Assembly (NCBI GenBank): GCA_031385045.1 | Contig: JANNBC010000060.1 | Span: 1-64,000 of the forward strand | Reading direction: 5' to 3' | DNA: 64,000 bases | From: a bacterium | GTDB lineage: Bacteria; Bdellovibrionota_C; UBA2361; CALJRW01 | Shown here: piece by piece, positions 21,823 through 31,091 of the stretch | How positions within the stretch are numbered: position 1 is the first letter of the stretch | Layout of the letters: every line of letters begins with the position of its first letter | The notes under the pieces: generated by a model | What the model saw: the letters and a program-made list of their open reading frames with translations, nothing else | What the model was told of the DNA's origin: nothing | The model's database searches: none | Made by a program: the position numbers and the translations under genes

Positions 21823-22983
21823 TTATGATTTCAAGAAATGCTTTTTTATTCTTTGTAATATTCTCCAACCAGAAGGTCTTGTAATTTTTTCATCTTTTAA
21901 TTGCAGCCATTTAGAATCATTACCGACTGGTATTGTTTCGCTAATTTCAAAATGGCTGGTTGCAGATAAGTACCTAGTACTGAGTCCAAGTTGATCGAGT
22001 AATTCTATTAAGGTGCCAAAGGAGTTATTTTTAACTACAAATGAGGTTGCCTCATGACTTGTTCCAGCCCAGTTAAACAAGTTGCTCATATTTTTAGTAG
22101 CTTTAAATTTATTCATAAACTGATTAAACTTTGGGTCACAGATACTCTCAATTTTAATCATAACCTTTTCTTGGTTGGGCAAGTAGATAGCTAGTTGCAG
22201 TACAGCTTTTTCGGTAGTGGTATTCTCTAATCTAAAATTAGTCGTAAAAGTTATCCGAGCATCAGGATTATTATCTTGAGTAGTAAAAAAAGCAGTTAGT
22301 TTTTTTGTTAATTTATAGAGGTTAAATCTAAAATCTTTATTTTGAATTTGATCGGAAGTACCAGAAAAGTTGCGACTGGTCAGTGCTTTTGAGATAGTTA
22401 CTAACTTAAGATGATCCTCGACTAATTGATTAAGTTTTTTGAGTTTTTCCGGTGAAGGAGGCATTGTTAATGAGGTTAAGTTTTCTTGGATTGATCTTAG
22501 CGATTGGTAGGTGTTATTAGCGTAATCTATAAATGCTTTTTGAGATTCTTGCGGGCTTAGCTCGCGCATTGTTTTTTGATCTGCGACATAAGTTGCGTAG
22601 CGCATCTGGAAATCAAATTGTTTATTTGAAGGCCTTAAATCTATTGAGTTTGGATTGGGACGGGCTATTGTGACAAGGGAACGGTTTAGTAAGCCAATAG
22701 TCTCTGATATTTGCTTGATTCTTTGGTATTCCTTGGGATTACTAAATTTAGCAAAATGATTTTCTGGATCTAGCTGATGAACCCAGTCGAGGGCTCTTTC
22801 AAAATACTGATCAACTGCTTTTACAAAGTCAGGGCAAGTAGCAATTGGGTGAGGTCTATTTCCTCGTAACTCGTCTTGTAGAATATTAAGACTTTGATTG
22901 ATAAAACCAAGTCTGCGAAATAATTTTAGTCTTTTTAGGCCTTCTTCGGTAAGTGGTCTTGGCTGATACTCTACTATGCTCAT
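21823..22983 (-). CDS. Hypothetical protein
   Basis: 386-aa ORF with ATG start; no recognisable motif. Confidence 0.7.
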   Translation of the reverse strand: MSIVEYQPRPLTEEGLKRLKLFRRLGFINQSLNILQDELRGNRPHPIATCPDFVKAVDQYFERALDWVHQLDPENHFAKFSNPKEYQRIKQISETIGLLNRSLVTIARPNPNSIDLRPSNKQFDFQMRYATYVADQKTMRELSPQESQKAFIDYANNTYQSLRSIQENLTSLTMPPSPEKLKKLNQLVEDHLKLVTISKALTSRNFSGTSDQIQNKDFRFNLYKLTKKLTAFFTTQDNNPDARITFTTNFRLENTTTEKAVLQLAIYLPNQEKVMIKIESICDPKFNQFMNKFKATKNMSNLFNWAGTSHEATSFVVKNNSFGTLIELLDQLGLSTRYLSATSHFEISETIPVGNDSKWLQLKDEKITRPSGWRILQRIKKHFLKS

Positions 22984-23144
22984 TACAACTTAAACTAATA
23001 TTAAGATAAAAATGAAATCTGCGTAAATCCTAATTATCTGAGTATACAATCAACATGCCGCTAATCAACCAGTAAATACTGATAAGGCAGCTCTTTCTGC
23101 TATAAGTACTATTCAAACTAGGCTTGAACAGTTAAGATAATATT

Positions 23145-23933
23145 ATGGTAAAATTCTCTTTTTGGGCCTTGCTAGCAAACTTACTTCTTTGGTCAGTCTC
23201 GCTACATTTTACTAAAAAACTTCCTGACCCTTCAGAGATTGTGCGAAATCTTAAAACTAATCCTCAGCAGTATTCCGTAAATGAGCCTGGCTTTGATTTC
23301 TCGTACCAAGGAGAAACATATAATGTCGATCCGGTCGCCGATTATGAGCTTTATGGATTAGTAGTTAGTCATAATAACATAGGTGGATTAACCGATGCCT
23401 ATCACAGTAGTAAATCTGTAGATTTAAAAGATGTCTGTGTTGTTTGGGGAACTAATGTAATGTCCGATGTTTATCAGCGAGTTACATTTACTAGTGGGGC
23501 TTGGACCTGTTATTTTAACTTTGAAAATTCCAAGGATGCTGACGACTTTGAGCTAAGTCAGATTTCTAATAATCATTTATTGACTGCTGACGTGCAGGTA
23601 CAAAAGCAGATTCGTAATTTAAATATTGGCGATCAGATTCATCTCCAAGGCTATCTGGTCAATTATGCTAATGCTCAAACTCCAACTCAACTAAGAAGAT
23701 CAAGTACTGTCAGAACTGATACCGGAGATGGTGCCTGTGAAGTATTTTATTTAGAGAAATTAAATGTTTTAAAGGCTGGAAACCCCACTTGGAATCTAAT
23801 CAAAAAGACCACTTATTATCTGAATTATATCCTAGGCCTATGGTTCTTAATAATCTTTCTTTATACCGAACAGTCTCGCTTTCAGAGTCGTAAGCAACCA
23901 GAAAATAAGCGAGTTAGGTTTAGCCAATACTAA
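23145..23933 (+). CDS. Hypothetical membrane-anchored protein
   Basis: N- and C-terminal hydrophobic helices; SNNHL and RTDTGDGACE motifs. Confidence 0.7.
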   Translation: MVKFSFWALLANLLLWSVSLHFTKKLPDPSEIVRNLKTNPQQYSVNEPGFDFSYQGETYNVDPVADYELYGLVVSHNNIGGLTDAYHSSKSVDLKDVCVVWGTNVMSDVYQRVTFTSGAWTCYFNFENSKDADDFELSQISNNHLLTADVQVQKQIRNLNIGDQIHLQGYLVNYANAQTPTQLRRSSTVRTDTGDGACEVFYLEKLNVLKAGNPTWNLIKKTTYYLNYILGLWFLIIFLYTEQSRFQSRKQPENKRVRFSQY

Positions 23934-24068
23934 TTCTGCTCACTCCTTGCTAAATTAATTACTTTGAACTCCTGTAAGCCAAAAGGGGAGAAGCGGAAGG
24001 TTATTTACTTTAAATAACAGATTATTTAAGATAATACCTATAAATTTTATCTTAACTCAGGATTTGTT

Positions 24069-25505
24069 ATGACAACGCTGAAAAATTTCTTAGAGATCCC
24101 TTACGACGAGCTAGAGGAGCTAAATCTGATCGCCAAGGGCAAGCAGTTAGCCAAGATTAGTTATGATCAACTGCAAGAAGAATATCTTAAAATCTTAGCT
24201 GATACTAAATCATTGAAAGCAGTCACAGTTTGTTTCACAGACTTAGAAGGTAAGTTTCATATGTTGGATTATGATAAGAAGTTCTTATTAAAATCCTATG
24301 ATAATTTAACTTTTGATGGTTCTTCTGTTCGTGGTTTTTCTGTTGTGAGAGAATCAGATCTGCGCTTGCAGATTGATTGGGGCTCTTTCCGTTGGTTACC
24401 TTCAGATGTTTTCGGCGGTGGCAAAGTAATTGTTTTTGCTTTGATTAAGTCGATTGATGGAGAGCCTTATATCTCTGATATGCGTCATCAATTAGCACTT
24501 TACCTAGAAGAGCTGCATAAGAAGAATAAATATCTAGTTAATATTTCTGTTGAATGTGAAGGCTTCTTATTTGAAGGAATTAATGCTGAGCAAAAATTCT
24601 CTTCACGGGAAGGCTTCAAATTCGCCTCTAGCGGTGGGTATTATCAGTCCCTACCAAAGGATCCTTTAAAGATGTTTATTGACCAGTTAGCCGAAGCACA
24701 GCGTGCCATGGGCTTTGAGAATGAGAAAGATCATCCAGAAGTTGCTCCGGCACAGTTTGAGTTAAACTACACTTATACTGATGCTTTGTTAGCAGCTGAC
24801 CAAGTCCAATTGTATAAATTAGTTGCCCGTCAGGTTGCTAATAACATGGGCTTTACAGCATCTTTCTTGCCAAAACCAATCGCTGGGATTAACGGTTCAG
24901 GGATGCATACAAATCTTTCGATCAGTAAGACTGGAAAAAATATTTTCTTTGCTAAGGATGGGGAAGATAAACTTTCAACTGAAGCTTGGGATTTTATCGA
25001 TCGTATTTTAAATAATGCGGATGATCTTTGCTTAGTGCTAAATCCAAGTGTTAATGCTTACCGTCGTTTAGATCCACATTTTGAAGCTCCAAACCAAATT
25101 AAGTCTTCGGCCATTGACCGAACTTCAATGGTGCGGATTCCGCTAGGAAATGAGAAATCTTCTCGAATGGAAGTAAGAACAGTAGCGCCAGATGCTAATC
25201 CATATTTAGCATTTTTCACTATTATTAAAGCAGGATTAGAAGGCCCAATGAAAGAAGCGATTTCAGCTGAAGGTCGTCGCACAAGAACTAGATTCTTGCC
25301 GGACAACATTTATGATGCAATTCGCTTGTTTAAGACTAGTTCTTTTATGGCGGAGATTCTTGGTGAAGAAACAAAAGCTAAGTATGTAGAGCGTAAGCAG
25401 GAGGCCGCGGATCGTTGTCCAAAAGCTTTGGGAACTTTAGTGAAAACAGAAGAAGTCTTATTTCATCACGAAGTTACAAATCAGTATCTTTGGGGGAATT
25501 TCTAA
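24069..25505 (+). CDS. glnA: Glutamine synthetase family protein
   Basis: FDGSSVRGF, HPEVAPAQFE, KPIAGINGSGMH, YRRL, RMEVR..APDANPY. Confidence 0.9.
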   Translation: MTTLKNFLEIPYDELEELNLIAKGKQLAKISYDQLQEEYLKILADTKSLKAVTVCFTDLEGKFHMLDYDKKFLLKSYDNLTFDGSSVRGFSVVRESDLRLQIDWGSFRWLPSDVFGGGKVIVFALIKSIDGEPYISDMRHQLALYLEELHKKNKYLVNISVECEGFLFEGINAEQKFSSREGFKFASSGGYYQSLPKDPLKMFIDQLAEAQRAMGFENEKDHPEVAPAQFELNYTYTDALLAADQVQLYKLVARQVANNMGFTASFLPKPIAGINGSGMHTNLSISKTGKNIFFAKDGEDKLSTEAWDFIDRILNNADDLCLVLNPSVNAYRRLDPHFEAPNQIKSSAIDRTSMVRIPLGNEKSSRMEVRTVAPDANPYLAFFTIIKAGLEGPMKEAISAEGRRTRTRFLPDNIYDAIRLFKTSSFMAEILGEETKAKYVERKQEAADRCPKALGTLVKTEEVLFHHEVTNQYLWGNF

Positions 25506-25517
25506 GAAATTCTTTAT

Positions 25518-25550
25518 AAAAAAAGGGGAGCTTAAATGCTCCCTTTTTTT
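25518..25550 (+). terminator. Intrinsic terminator after glnA
   Basis: gggagc-ttaaat-gctccc plus T-run. Confidence 0.85.
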
Positions 25551-25872
25551 ATCTATCCGTATATAACAAAATTATAGAGTATCTACTATTTTAAATGAGC
25601 AGCTAAGACTCCCTTCCTTTTACTTCCAAGAATTAGTTTTGAACACCTTGCATCCTAATCCTGTCATAGTCTCTTAAAAGTGCCATGTAGTAAAACTTAA
25701 TTAGCGTTTCTTCCTAAAATCTTGCCTTAGGTCACTCATCAAAAGTACGTATTTAAATCGCCCATATCAGGGTTAATATTAAAAATAATCTACTATTTAT
25801 GATTCAAATCATAAGCTTGAATAGATTATCTGGTCATAATACTCACTAATATAAATCTTTATGGAATAAATT

Positions 25873-26313
25873 ATGAACAACTCAGAATTAATTGAAGAAT
25901 TTCAAAAATTATTAAGAGGAGAAATCTCTGCTACAGAAACATATCGCCAAGCCGTAAGTAGTATCGACAGTACTCATAAAATATTGTTGCAGGAAATTTT
26001 AGAAGAACATGAACTAAGTGTTCTTAGTATTAAAAAACATTTACTAAAGTTGGGAGGTGAGCACATGGATAACTCTGGCGTTTGGGGTGTTGTTGCTCAG
26101 GCTATCGAAGGTTCGGCCACAATGCTTGGTACATCTGCAACTGTAGCTGCTTTAAAGCAAGGAGAATTATTAGGAATTAATGATTATGAAAATCTGTTGC
26201 GAGGGGAAAGTCTTCAACCTGAATGCCATTTGTTAATATCCAAGGAATTACTGCCACTTTGCAAAAAGCACGTTCTACAATTGGAAAATTTCGACGGAGG
26301 AGCAGAGTTTTAA
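25873..26313 (+). CDS. PA2169/DUF2383-like ferritin-like four-helix-bundle protein
   Basis: LLRGEISATETYRQA, SGVWG, ALKQGE.LG..DYE. Confidence 0.75.
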   Translation: MNNSELIEEFQKLLRGEISATETYRQAVSSIDSTHKILLQEILEEHELSVLSIKKHLLKLGGEHMDNSGVWGVVAQAIEGSATMLGTSATVAALKQGELLGINDYENLLRGESLQPECHLLISKELLPLCKKHVLQLENFDGGAEF

Positions 26314-26364
26314 TAGAATACCTAAAGATGCAAGAGTAAGCAGAATGTAAGAATTAAATCGATT

Positions 26365-27195
26365 ATGTGGGAATTTTTGAAAAATTTGTGGGATCGTTTT
26401 AATCAGATTAACTGTCCTAAGCATGCTGCCGCTATTGCTTATTACACAATCTTTTCCATGTCGCCGCTTATTATAATTTTAGTAATGATTGCGGGAGCAA
26501 TCTATGGCAACGATGCTGCCTCTGGTATTCTGTATTCAAATTTGGAACAGATCTTCGGCCAGCAAAGTGCGATGTTAATTGAGTCGCTAGTGGTTAGTGC
26601 GACTCGATCGAAGGGAAGTTTAATCTCTTCGATTTTAAGCATTTCATTAATGCTTATTGGGGCATCTATTGTTCTGCATGCTCTTCAGGAGGCTCTTGAC
26701 GATATCTGGCAAGTCGAACATCCAATTGAAAATTCCTGGATAATATTTCTACACAAAAGGATCTTAGCAATATTAATGGTATTGATAATTGGAATCATTT
26801 TTCTAGGCTCAATAATATTAAGTTCTACAATCAGTTACTTGCAAGTATATACTTATGGTCTAACTTCTCACTGGATTCACTTTGCATCTTTTCTAGACTT
26901 TGGGCTGACATATTTTGTTAATACAGTAATTTTTACCAGTATCTACAAGTTTCTTCCTTCCCGGAAGGTAGAATTATACTATGCTTTGGTTGGTGGAGTG
27001 GTTGCTTCAGTCTTGTTTCTTGTGGGTAAGATACTTATCGGGTTTTACATAACTCAAACGGGAATTAACAACTCTTACGGTGTCGCGGGATCTTTAGTGA
27101 TTATTTTACTCTGGGTTTATTATATATCTCAAATTATATTATTTGGAGCTCTGCTATCAGCAGAGCTCTCTCGTTTGTATAAGAAAAAAGCTTAA
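26365..27195 (+). CDS. YihY/virulence factor BrkB family membrane protein
   Basis: AAAIAYYTIFSMSP, YGVAGSLVIILLWVY, ILFGA. Confidence 0.9.
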   Translation: MWEFLKNLWDRFNQINCPKHAAAIAYYTIFSMSPLIIILVMIAGAIYGNDAASGILYSNLEQIFGQQSAMLIESLVVSATRSKGSLISSILSISLMLIGASIVLHALQEALDDIWQVEHPIENSWIIFLHKRILAILMVLIIGIIFLGSIILSSTISYLQVYTYGLTSHWIHFASFLDFGLTYFVNTVIFTSIYKFLPSRKVELYYALVGGVVASVLFLVGKILIGFYITQTGINNSYGVAGSLVIILLWVYYISQIILFGALLSAELSRLYKKKA

Positions 27196-27281
27196 TTGTT
27201 GAAAAAAATTGTGTTCTTACAGAATATAATTTTAAGCTGTGGAATATTTCGCCATATTTGCTAGAAGCTAGTAACACGTCA

Positions 27282-27694
27282 GGCCTTTTGCGAGCAGTTC
27301 TATTTAACCTTCATCCAGAAACATAGGCCGTTGAATAATTCTCAAATCTTTTTAGCTAGTGCAAATGTTGCTCTGCCGGAGGCGCTATTACTAGTTAGCC
27401 TTGAAAATTATTGTTGTTATTAACCAAACCAACATATTTGGTTTCCGCTAATTTAATAAGGCTGTCGCGATATACCTTATTGATATTTTCTACCGCGCCA
27501 TGTCTAAAAATTGTTCCAATCTGATCATTAATGTTACATAAAATTCTTTGAGCTTTTCCAAAAGACTCAGTAAAAATGACAGAAATTTTACCTAGGCTTT
27601 GATTTTCTATCCACCAAGAATTTGTTTCCGAAAAATTAATATTAGAATCGGTCCAACGATAAACTGGTAATCTAAAGGTAGCTTCAGTAATAAA
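27282..27694 (-). pseudogene. Fragment of ligase-associated DNA damage response exonuclease (MBL/beta-CASP fold)
   Basis: Hand translation FITEATFRLPVYRW...WW..N...GKAQRIL...HGAVE..N..YR...LVIAPP; in-frame stops at 27395, 27356 and 27311; 5' part cut at the repeat nest. Confidence 0.75.
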
Positions 27695-27807
27695 TATACT
27701 AAAACCCGTTAGGTTTTACCGAACTGCTAGGCAAAATACGTCCCCCTTAGCTAAAGCTCAGGAGGACAAGGATCGTATTTTTAGTTGATTGGGGTTTTAG
27801 TATATTT
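27692..27807 (+). mobile_element. MITE-like TATA-bounded element C carrying a REP-like insert
   Basis: 16-bp perfect inverted repeat aaatatactaaaaccc / gggttttagtatattt. Confidence 0.7.
27740..27767 (+). repeat. REP-like palindrome copy nested in element C
   Basis: gtccccc-tta-gctaaagc-tca-ggaggac, similar to 59508-59535. Confidence 0.65.
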
Positions 27808-27894
27808 GTTTTCCCCCAGCTAAAATACTTATAAAATAAGCAATTTAGCCTGAGCGACCCCCTCGGGTCGCTTCAAGCGCTTCGCGCTAGATAT
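27801..27894. repeat. Module A copy 2 (opposite orientation to 8-102)
   Basis: Aligns to the reverse complement of 8-102 with hairpin-preserving changes. Confidence 0.8.
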
Positions 27895-27943
27895 ACTAGG
27901 CGACTAATTTTAGAACAGTAATTTCTAATGTCGCCTAGTATAT
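27891..27943. mobile_element. MITE-like TATA-bounded element D
   Basis: 14-bp perfect inverted repeat atatactaggcgac / gtcgcctagtatat. Confidence 0.65.
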
Positions 27944-28087
27944 TTAGTCATTGTAAACCTTAGCTGGAACTTATTTCATTGCTCATGATCATATTAGAAT
28001 TCATCTAAGTATTTTAATTAGTAATGGTTAATATAAAAAATATTGGAATATTGATGGAGCTAAGAAGATAATTAAAGAGAACTAAAA

Positions 28088-28228
28088 ATGAGAAGAAAAT
28101 TTGATTACACTATAGAGGAGTGGCAAGAAAAAGAACGCTTTGATAATTGGATCAGTAAATATTCCTTCAGTCTTTATGCAAGTTTCATTACACTCAGTCT
28201 ATTTTTGATTATTTCAAAATTTATTTAA
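28088..28228 (+). CDS. Putative 46-aa small membrane protein (not in the ORF track)
   Basis: MRRKFDYTIEEWQEKERFDNWISKYSFSLYASFITLSLFLIISKFI; purine-rich upstream sequence. Confidence 0.4.
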   Translation: MRRKFDYTIEEWQEKERFDNWISKYSFSLYASFITLSLFLIISKFI

Positions 28229-28252
28229 AAATTATTGCTAGGTGAAACCTAG

Positions 28253-29104
28253 TTGAGAGAGCCGCGAATTATGAGAAAACAATTAGCTAAACAACATCAA
28301 ATTAAACAGCCGGGCATGCAGTATCTAATGAAACCTATGTCGGAGCTTATCTTACCTAATTATTTTGGTATCGGTAAATTGAAGGACAAGGTTGCTTTCA
28401 TCACTGGAGGGGATACTGCAATCGGTCGTTCTATTGCCGTAGCTTTTGCTAGAGAAGGAGCAAGTATTGCTATCGTTTATTTAAATGAGCAACAAGATGC
28501 CGAGGAAACTAAAAGAATGGTGGAGGCTGAGAATCAAAAGTGCCTCTTAATCTGCGGTGATTTAGAAGATATCAAGTTTTGTAAAATAGCTACAAATAAG
28601 TGTGTTCGTTATTTTGGTGGTATAAATATCCTGATCAATAATGCTACCAAACAATTTCCCCAAGAATCTGTTGAAGACATTACTACCGAAAAATTGGAAA
28701 GCACTTTCAATTCGATGTTCTATTTAACACAAGCTGCCATTAAATACTTATCAGTTGGTGATTCAATTATTAATACTGCCTCTGTTTTTGACTATCGTGG
28801 TAATTATCGCCTCCTAGATTATTCAGCCAGTAAGGGGGCAGTTGTTTCTTTCACCCGTTCTCTTGCCGCTAATCTTGTAGATAAAGGAATCAGAGTAAAC
28901 GCAGTTGCGCCGGGACCAGTCTTGACTCCACAAATCACGACAACTTTTAAAGCTAAAAAGTTAGCTAAATTTGCTTCGCAAATTCCTGTGAAACAAGTTG
29001 GTCAAGCCTCTGAGGTTGCTCCGAGCTTTGTATTTTTGGCATCTAAAGATTCTTCTTATATTACTGGCCAAGTCCTTCATCCTAATGGGGGAGCTTCATT
29101 CTAG
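28253..29104 (+). CDS. SDR family oxidoreductase (general-stress YhxC/YghA type), possibly degenerate
   Basis: ITGGDTAIG, YSASKG, IRVNAVAPGP, SYITGQVLHPNGG. Confidence 0.85.
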   Translation: MREPRIMRKQLAKQHQIKQPGMQYLMKPMSELILPNYFGIGKLKDKVAFITGGDTAIGRSIAVAFAREGASIAIVYLNEQQDAEETKRMVEAENQKCLLICGDLEDIKFCKIATNKCVRYFGGINILINNATKQFPQESVEDITTEKLESTFNSMFYLTQAAIKYLSVGDSIINTASVFDYRGNYRLLDYSASKGAVVSFTRSLAANLVDKGIRVNAVAPGPVLTPQITTTFKAKKLAKFASQIPVKQVGQASEVAPSFVFLASKDSSYITGQVLHPNGGASF

Positions 29105-29187
29105 TAATCTCACGACATAACGTTGGCTATTTATGTACGAAAGGTTAAATATTGAAATAAAGTTTAAGTTGTTGCTGGTTTTAAATA

Positions 29188-29756
29188 ATGGCTAACTTTA
29201 ATTTAGAAAAATTGTTTCAGAGGGCACTCTAAATGTTGCACGACAACTGTTAGGAATGAAACTTACAATAAAACATAATTCTCAAATTACTTCTGGAATG
29301 ATTATGGAAGTAGAAGCATATCATTGAGATAGTGATCTAGTCTGCCACTGTTATACATCTAGCAGATCACGGAATGAACTCATGTTTTGGTCTGCTGGGC
29401 ATTGTTATGTTTATCAAATTTACGGAATTCACAGATATGTAAATATCGTAACAGAAAAATCATTCATTAGGGCGGTCGTTTTGTTCTAAGCCTTGGAACC
29501 CCTAGAAGGTCAGAACCTGATGTAAGAAAGCCGCGGGCTAGCTAAAAATTTGTTAAACGGTCCAGGCAAGCTGTATCAAGGGATGGGCATCGATCCACAA
29601 ATCCAGGGGATGAATTTATTGCAATCCGATAAGATTAGCATTTCTCCATTTTTATTTATTTTCGAGACGGATATTGCTCAAAGCAGCCGGATAGGAATAA
29701 TCAAAGGCTTAGATTTGCCATGGAGATACTATTTAGAGGGAAAAAATGGGTTTTAA
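29188..29756 (+). pseudogene. mpg: 3-methyladenine DNA glycosylase (MPG/AAG) pseudogene
   Basis: VARQLLG, IMEVEAY, MF...GHCYVYQIYGIH..VNIVTE, ALEPLEG, NGPGKL, RIGI, PWRY across stops and frameshifts. Confidence 0.85.
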
Positions 29757-29839
29757 AGCTAAGTTTAATCCAAAACACTAGGTCATGCTGGTCTCTTTTG
29801 GGGGTAAACGCGAACTGAATTACTTAAAAACCCTGTTGT

Positions 29840-29868
29840 TTGACTATATTGCACTATTCTGATAAAAC
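29840..29868 (+). promoter_or_regulatory. Putative str operon promoter
   Basis: TTGACT-17bp-TAAAAC with upstream TG, followed by GC-rich cgcgc. Confidence 0.5.
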
Positions 29869-30099
29869 TTCGCGCAATTGATGCAAGGCTATTTTCTGGA
29901 ATAGTAACCATCAGAAGTTGTACAAAATACTTTCTTAAATTTCAACGCGAATAACTTGTTATCTTAGGTAACTTGTTAATTTTTAGTTGAATAGTTCCAA
30001 GCGACTGAATAGTTTTTGGCATTTGCCCAATACTACTGATGTTGTTTTCGCTACCAGAATTAAGAGAAAGATATATTTTTTATTTGTTATTTAGGACTT

Positions 30100-30471
30100 A
30101 TGCCTACTAAGAATCAATTAGTGCGTACTAGACGCCACCCAAAAATTGTTAAGACCAAATCTCCGGCCTTAAAAGGTTGCCCACAAAGACGTGGTGTTTG
30201 CACAAGAGTATATACTCAGACTCCAAAGAAACCTAACTCAGCTTTACGTAAAGTTGCCCGTGTTCGTTTAACAACTGGTTACGAAGTTACTGCCTATATC
30301 GGTGGTATGGGACATAATTTGCAAGAACACAGCGTAGTCTTAATTCGTGGTGGTCGAGTTCCCGATCTACCAGGGGTTCGTTACCACATCATCCGCGGTA
30401 AATTAGAAGCCCAAGGTGTTGATAAGAGAAAACAAGGTCGTTCTAAGTATGGTACTAAGAAGGCTAAGTAG
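30100..30471 (+). CDS. rpsL: 30S ribosomal protein S12
   Basis: [19 protein letters not shown]. Confidence 0.99.
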   Translation: MPTKNQLVRTRRHPKIVKTKSPALKGCPQRRGVCTRVYTQTPKKPNSALRKVARVRLTTGYEVTAYIGGMGHNLQEHSVVLIRGGRVPDLPGVRYHIIRGKLEAQGVDKRKQGRSKYGTKKAK

Positions 30472-30499
30472 TTTTAGTAAGATTTTTTGAAGAAATAAA

Positions 30500-30973
30500 A
30501 TGAGCAGAAAAGATAAAGATTATACTAGAGAAGTGCTACCAGATTCCAAGTATGGGGATTTGGTTTTAGCTAAAGCGATCAACTCAATCATGTTGAGCGG
30601 AAAGAAAAGTGTTGCTGAAACAGCTTATTACAAAGCTTTTGAAATTATTAAGAAGCGTTCTAAGACTGAAGATGCTGTTGAATTCTTCCATCGGGCTCTA
30701 AATAATATCAAGCCAATCGCGGAAGTTCGTTCTCGTCGTGTTGGTGGTGCAACTTATCAAGTTCCAACTGAAGTAAGAACAGAAAGAGCTCAAGCTCTTG
30801 CTCTTCGCTGGTTAAAAGCTGCTTGTAATTCTCGCAGTGAAAAAACAGTGTCAGAAAGATTAGCTGGTGAGTTAATGGATGCATACGATAACCGCGGTAA
30901 CGCAGTTAAAAAACGAGAAGATACTCATAAAATGGCTGAAGCTAACAAAGCTTTTGCTCACTTTAAATGGTAA
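30500..30973 (+). CDS. rpsG: 30S ribosomal protein S7
   Basis: [22 protein letters not shown]. Confidence 0.99.
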   Translation: MSRKDKDYTREVLPDSKYGDLVLAKAINSIMLSGKKSVAETAYYKAFEIIKKRSKTEDAVEFFHRALNNIKPIAEVRSRRVGGATYQVPTEVRTERAQALALRWLKAACNSRSEKTVSERLAGELMDAYDNRGNAVKKREDTHKMAEANKAFAHFKW

Positions 30974-30990
30974 ACTTTTTGGTTTATTCG

Positions 30991-31059
30991 CTCGGTATTT
31001 AAATTACTGAGCAAGCTCAGTGGTTAATTCACTGAGTACACTCAGTAAGATTTGCTGAG
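30991..31059. repeat. Three tandem CTCRG...CTGAG hairpins
   Basis: ctcggta..tactgag, ctcagtg..cactgag, ctcagta..tgctgag separated by 4 nt. Confidence 0.8.
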
Positions 31060-31091
31060 TATTGATTTTAGATTTTTGTTAGAAAAGAACA

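Noticed and set aside
23934..24068. Glutamine riboswitch upstream of glnA
   Set aside because: No recognisable consensus or convincing stems.
27311..27397. Stops at Trp positions suggesting stop-codon recoding
   Set aside because: TAG, TGA and TAA all occur, and intact genes use standard stops; ordinary decay explains it.
30991..31059. Possible mini-CRISPR
   Set aside because: Linkers are only 4 nt, units are not identical and no cas genes are present.
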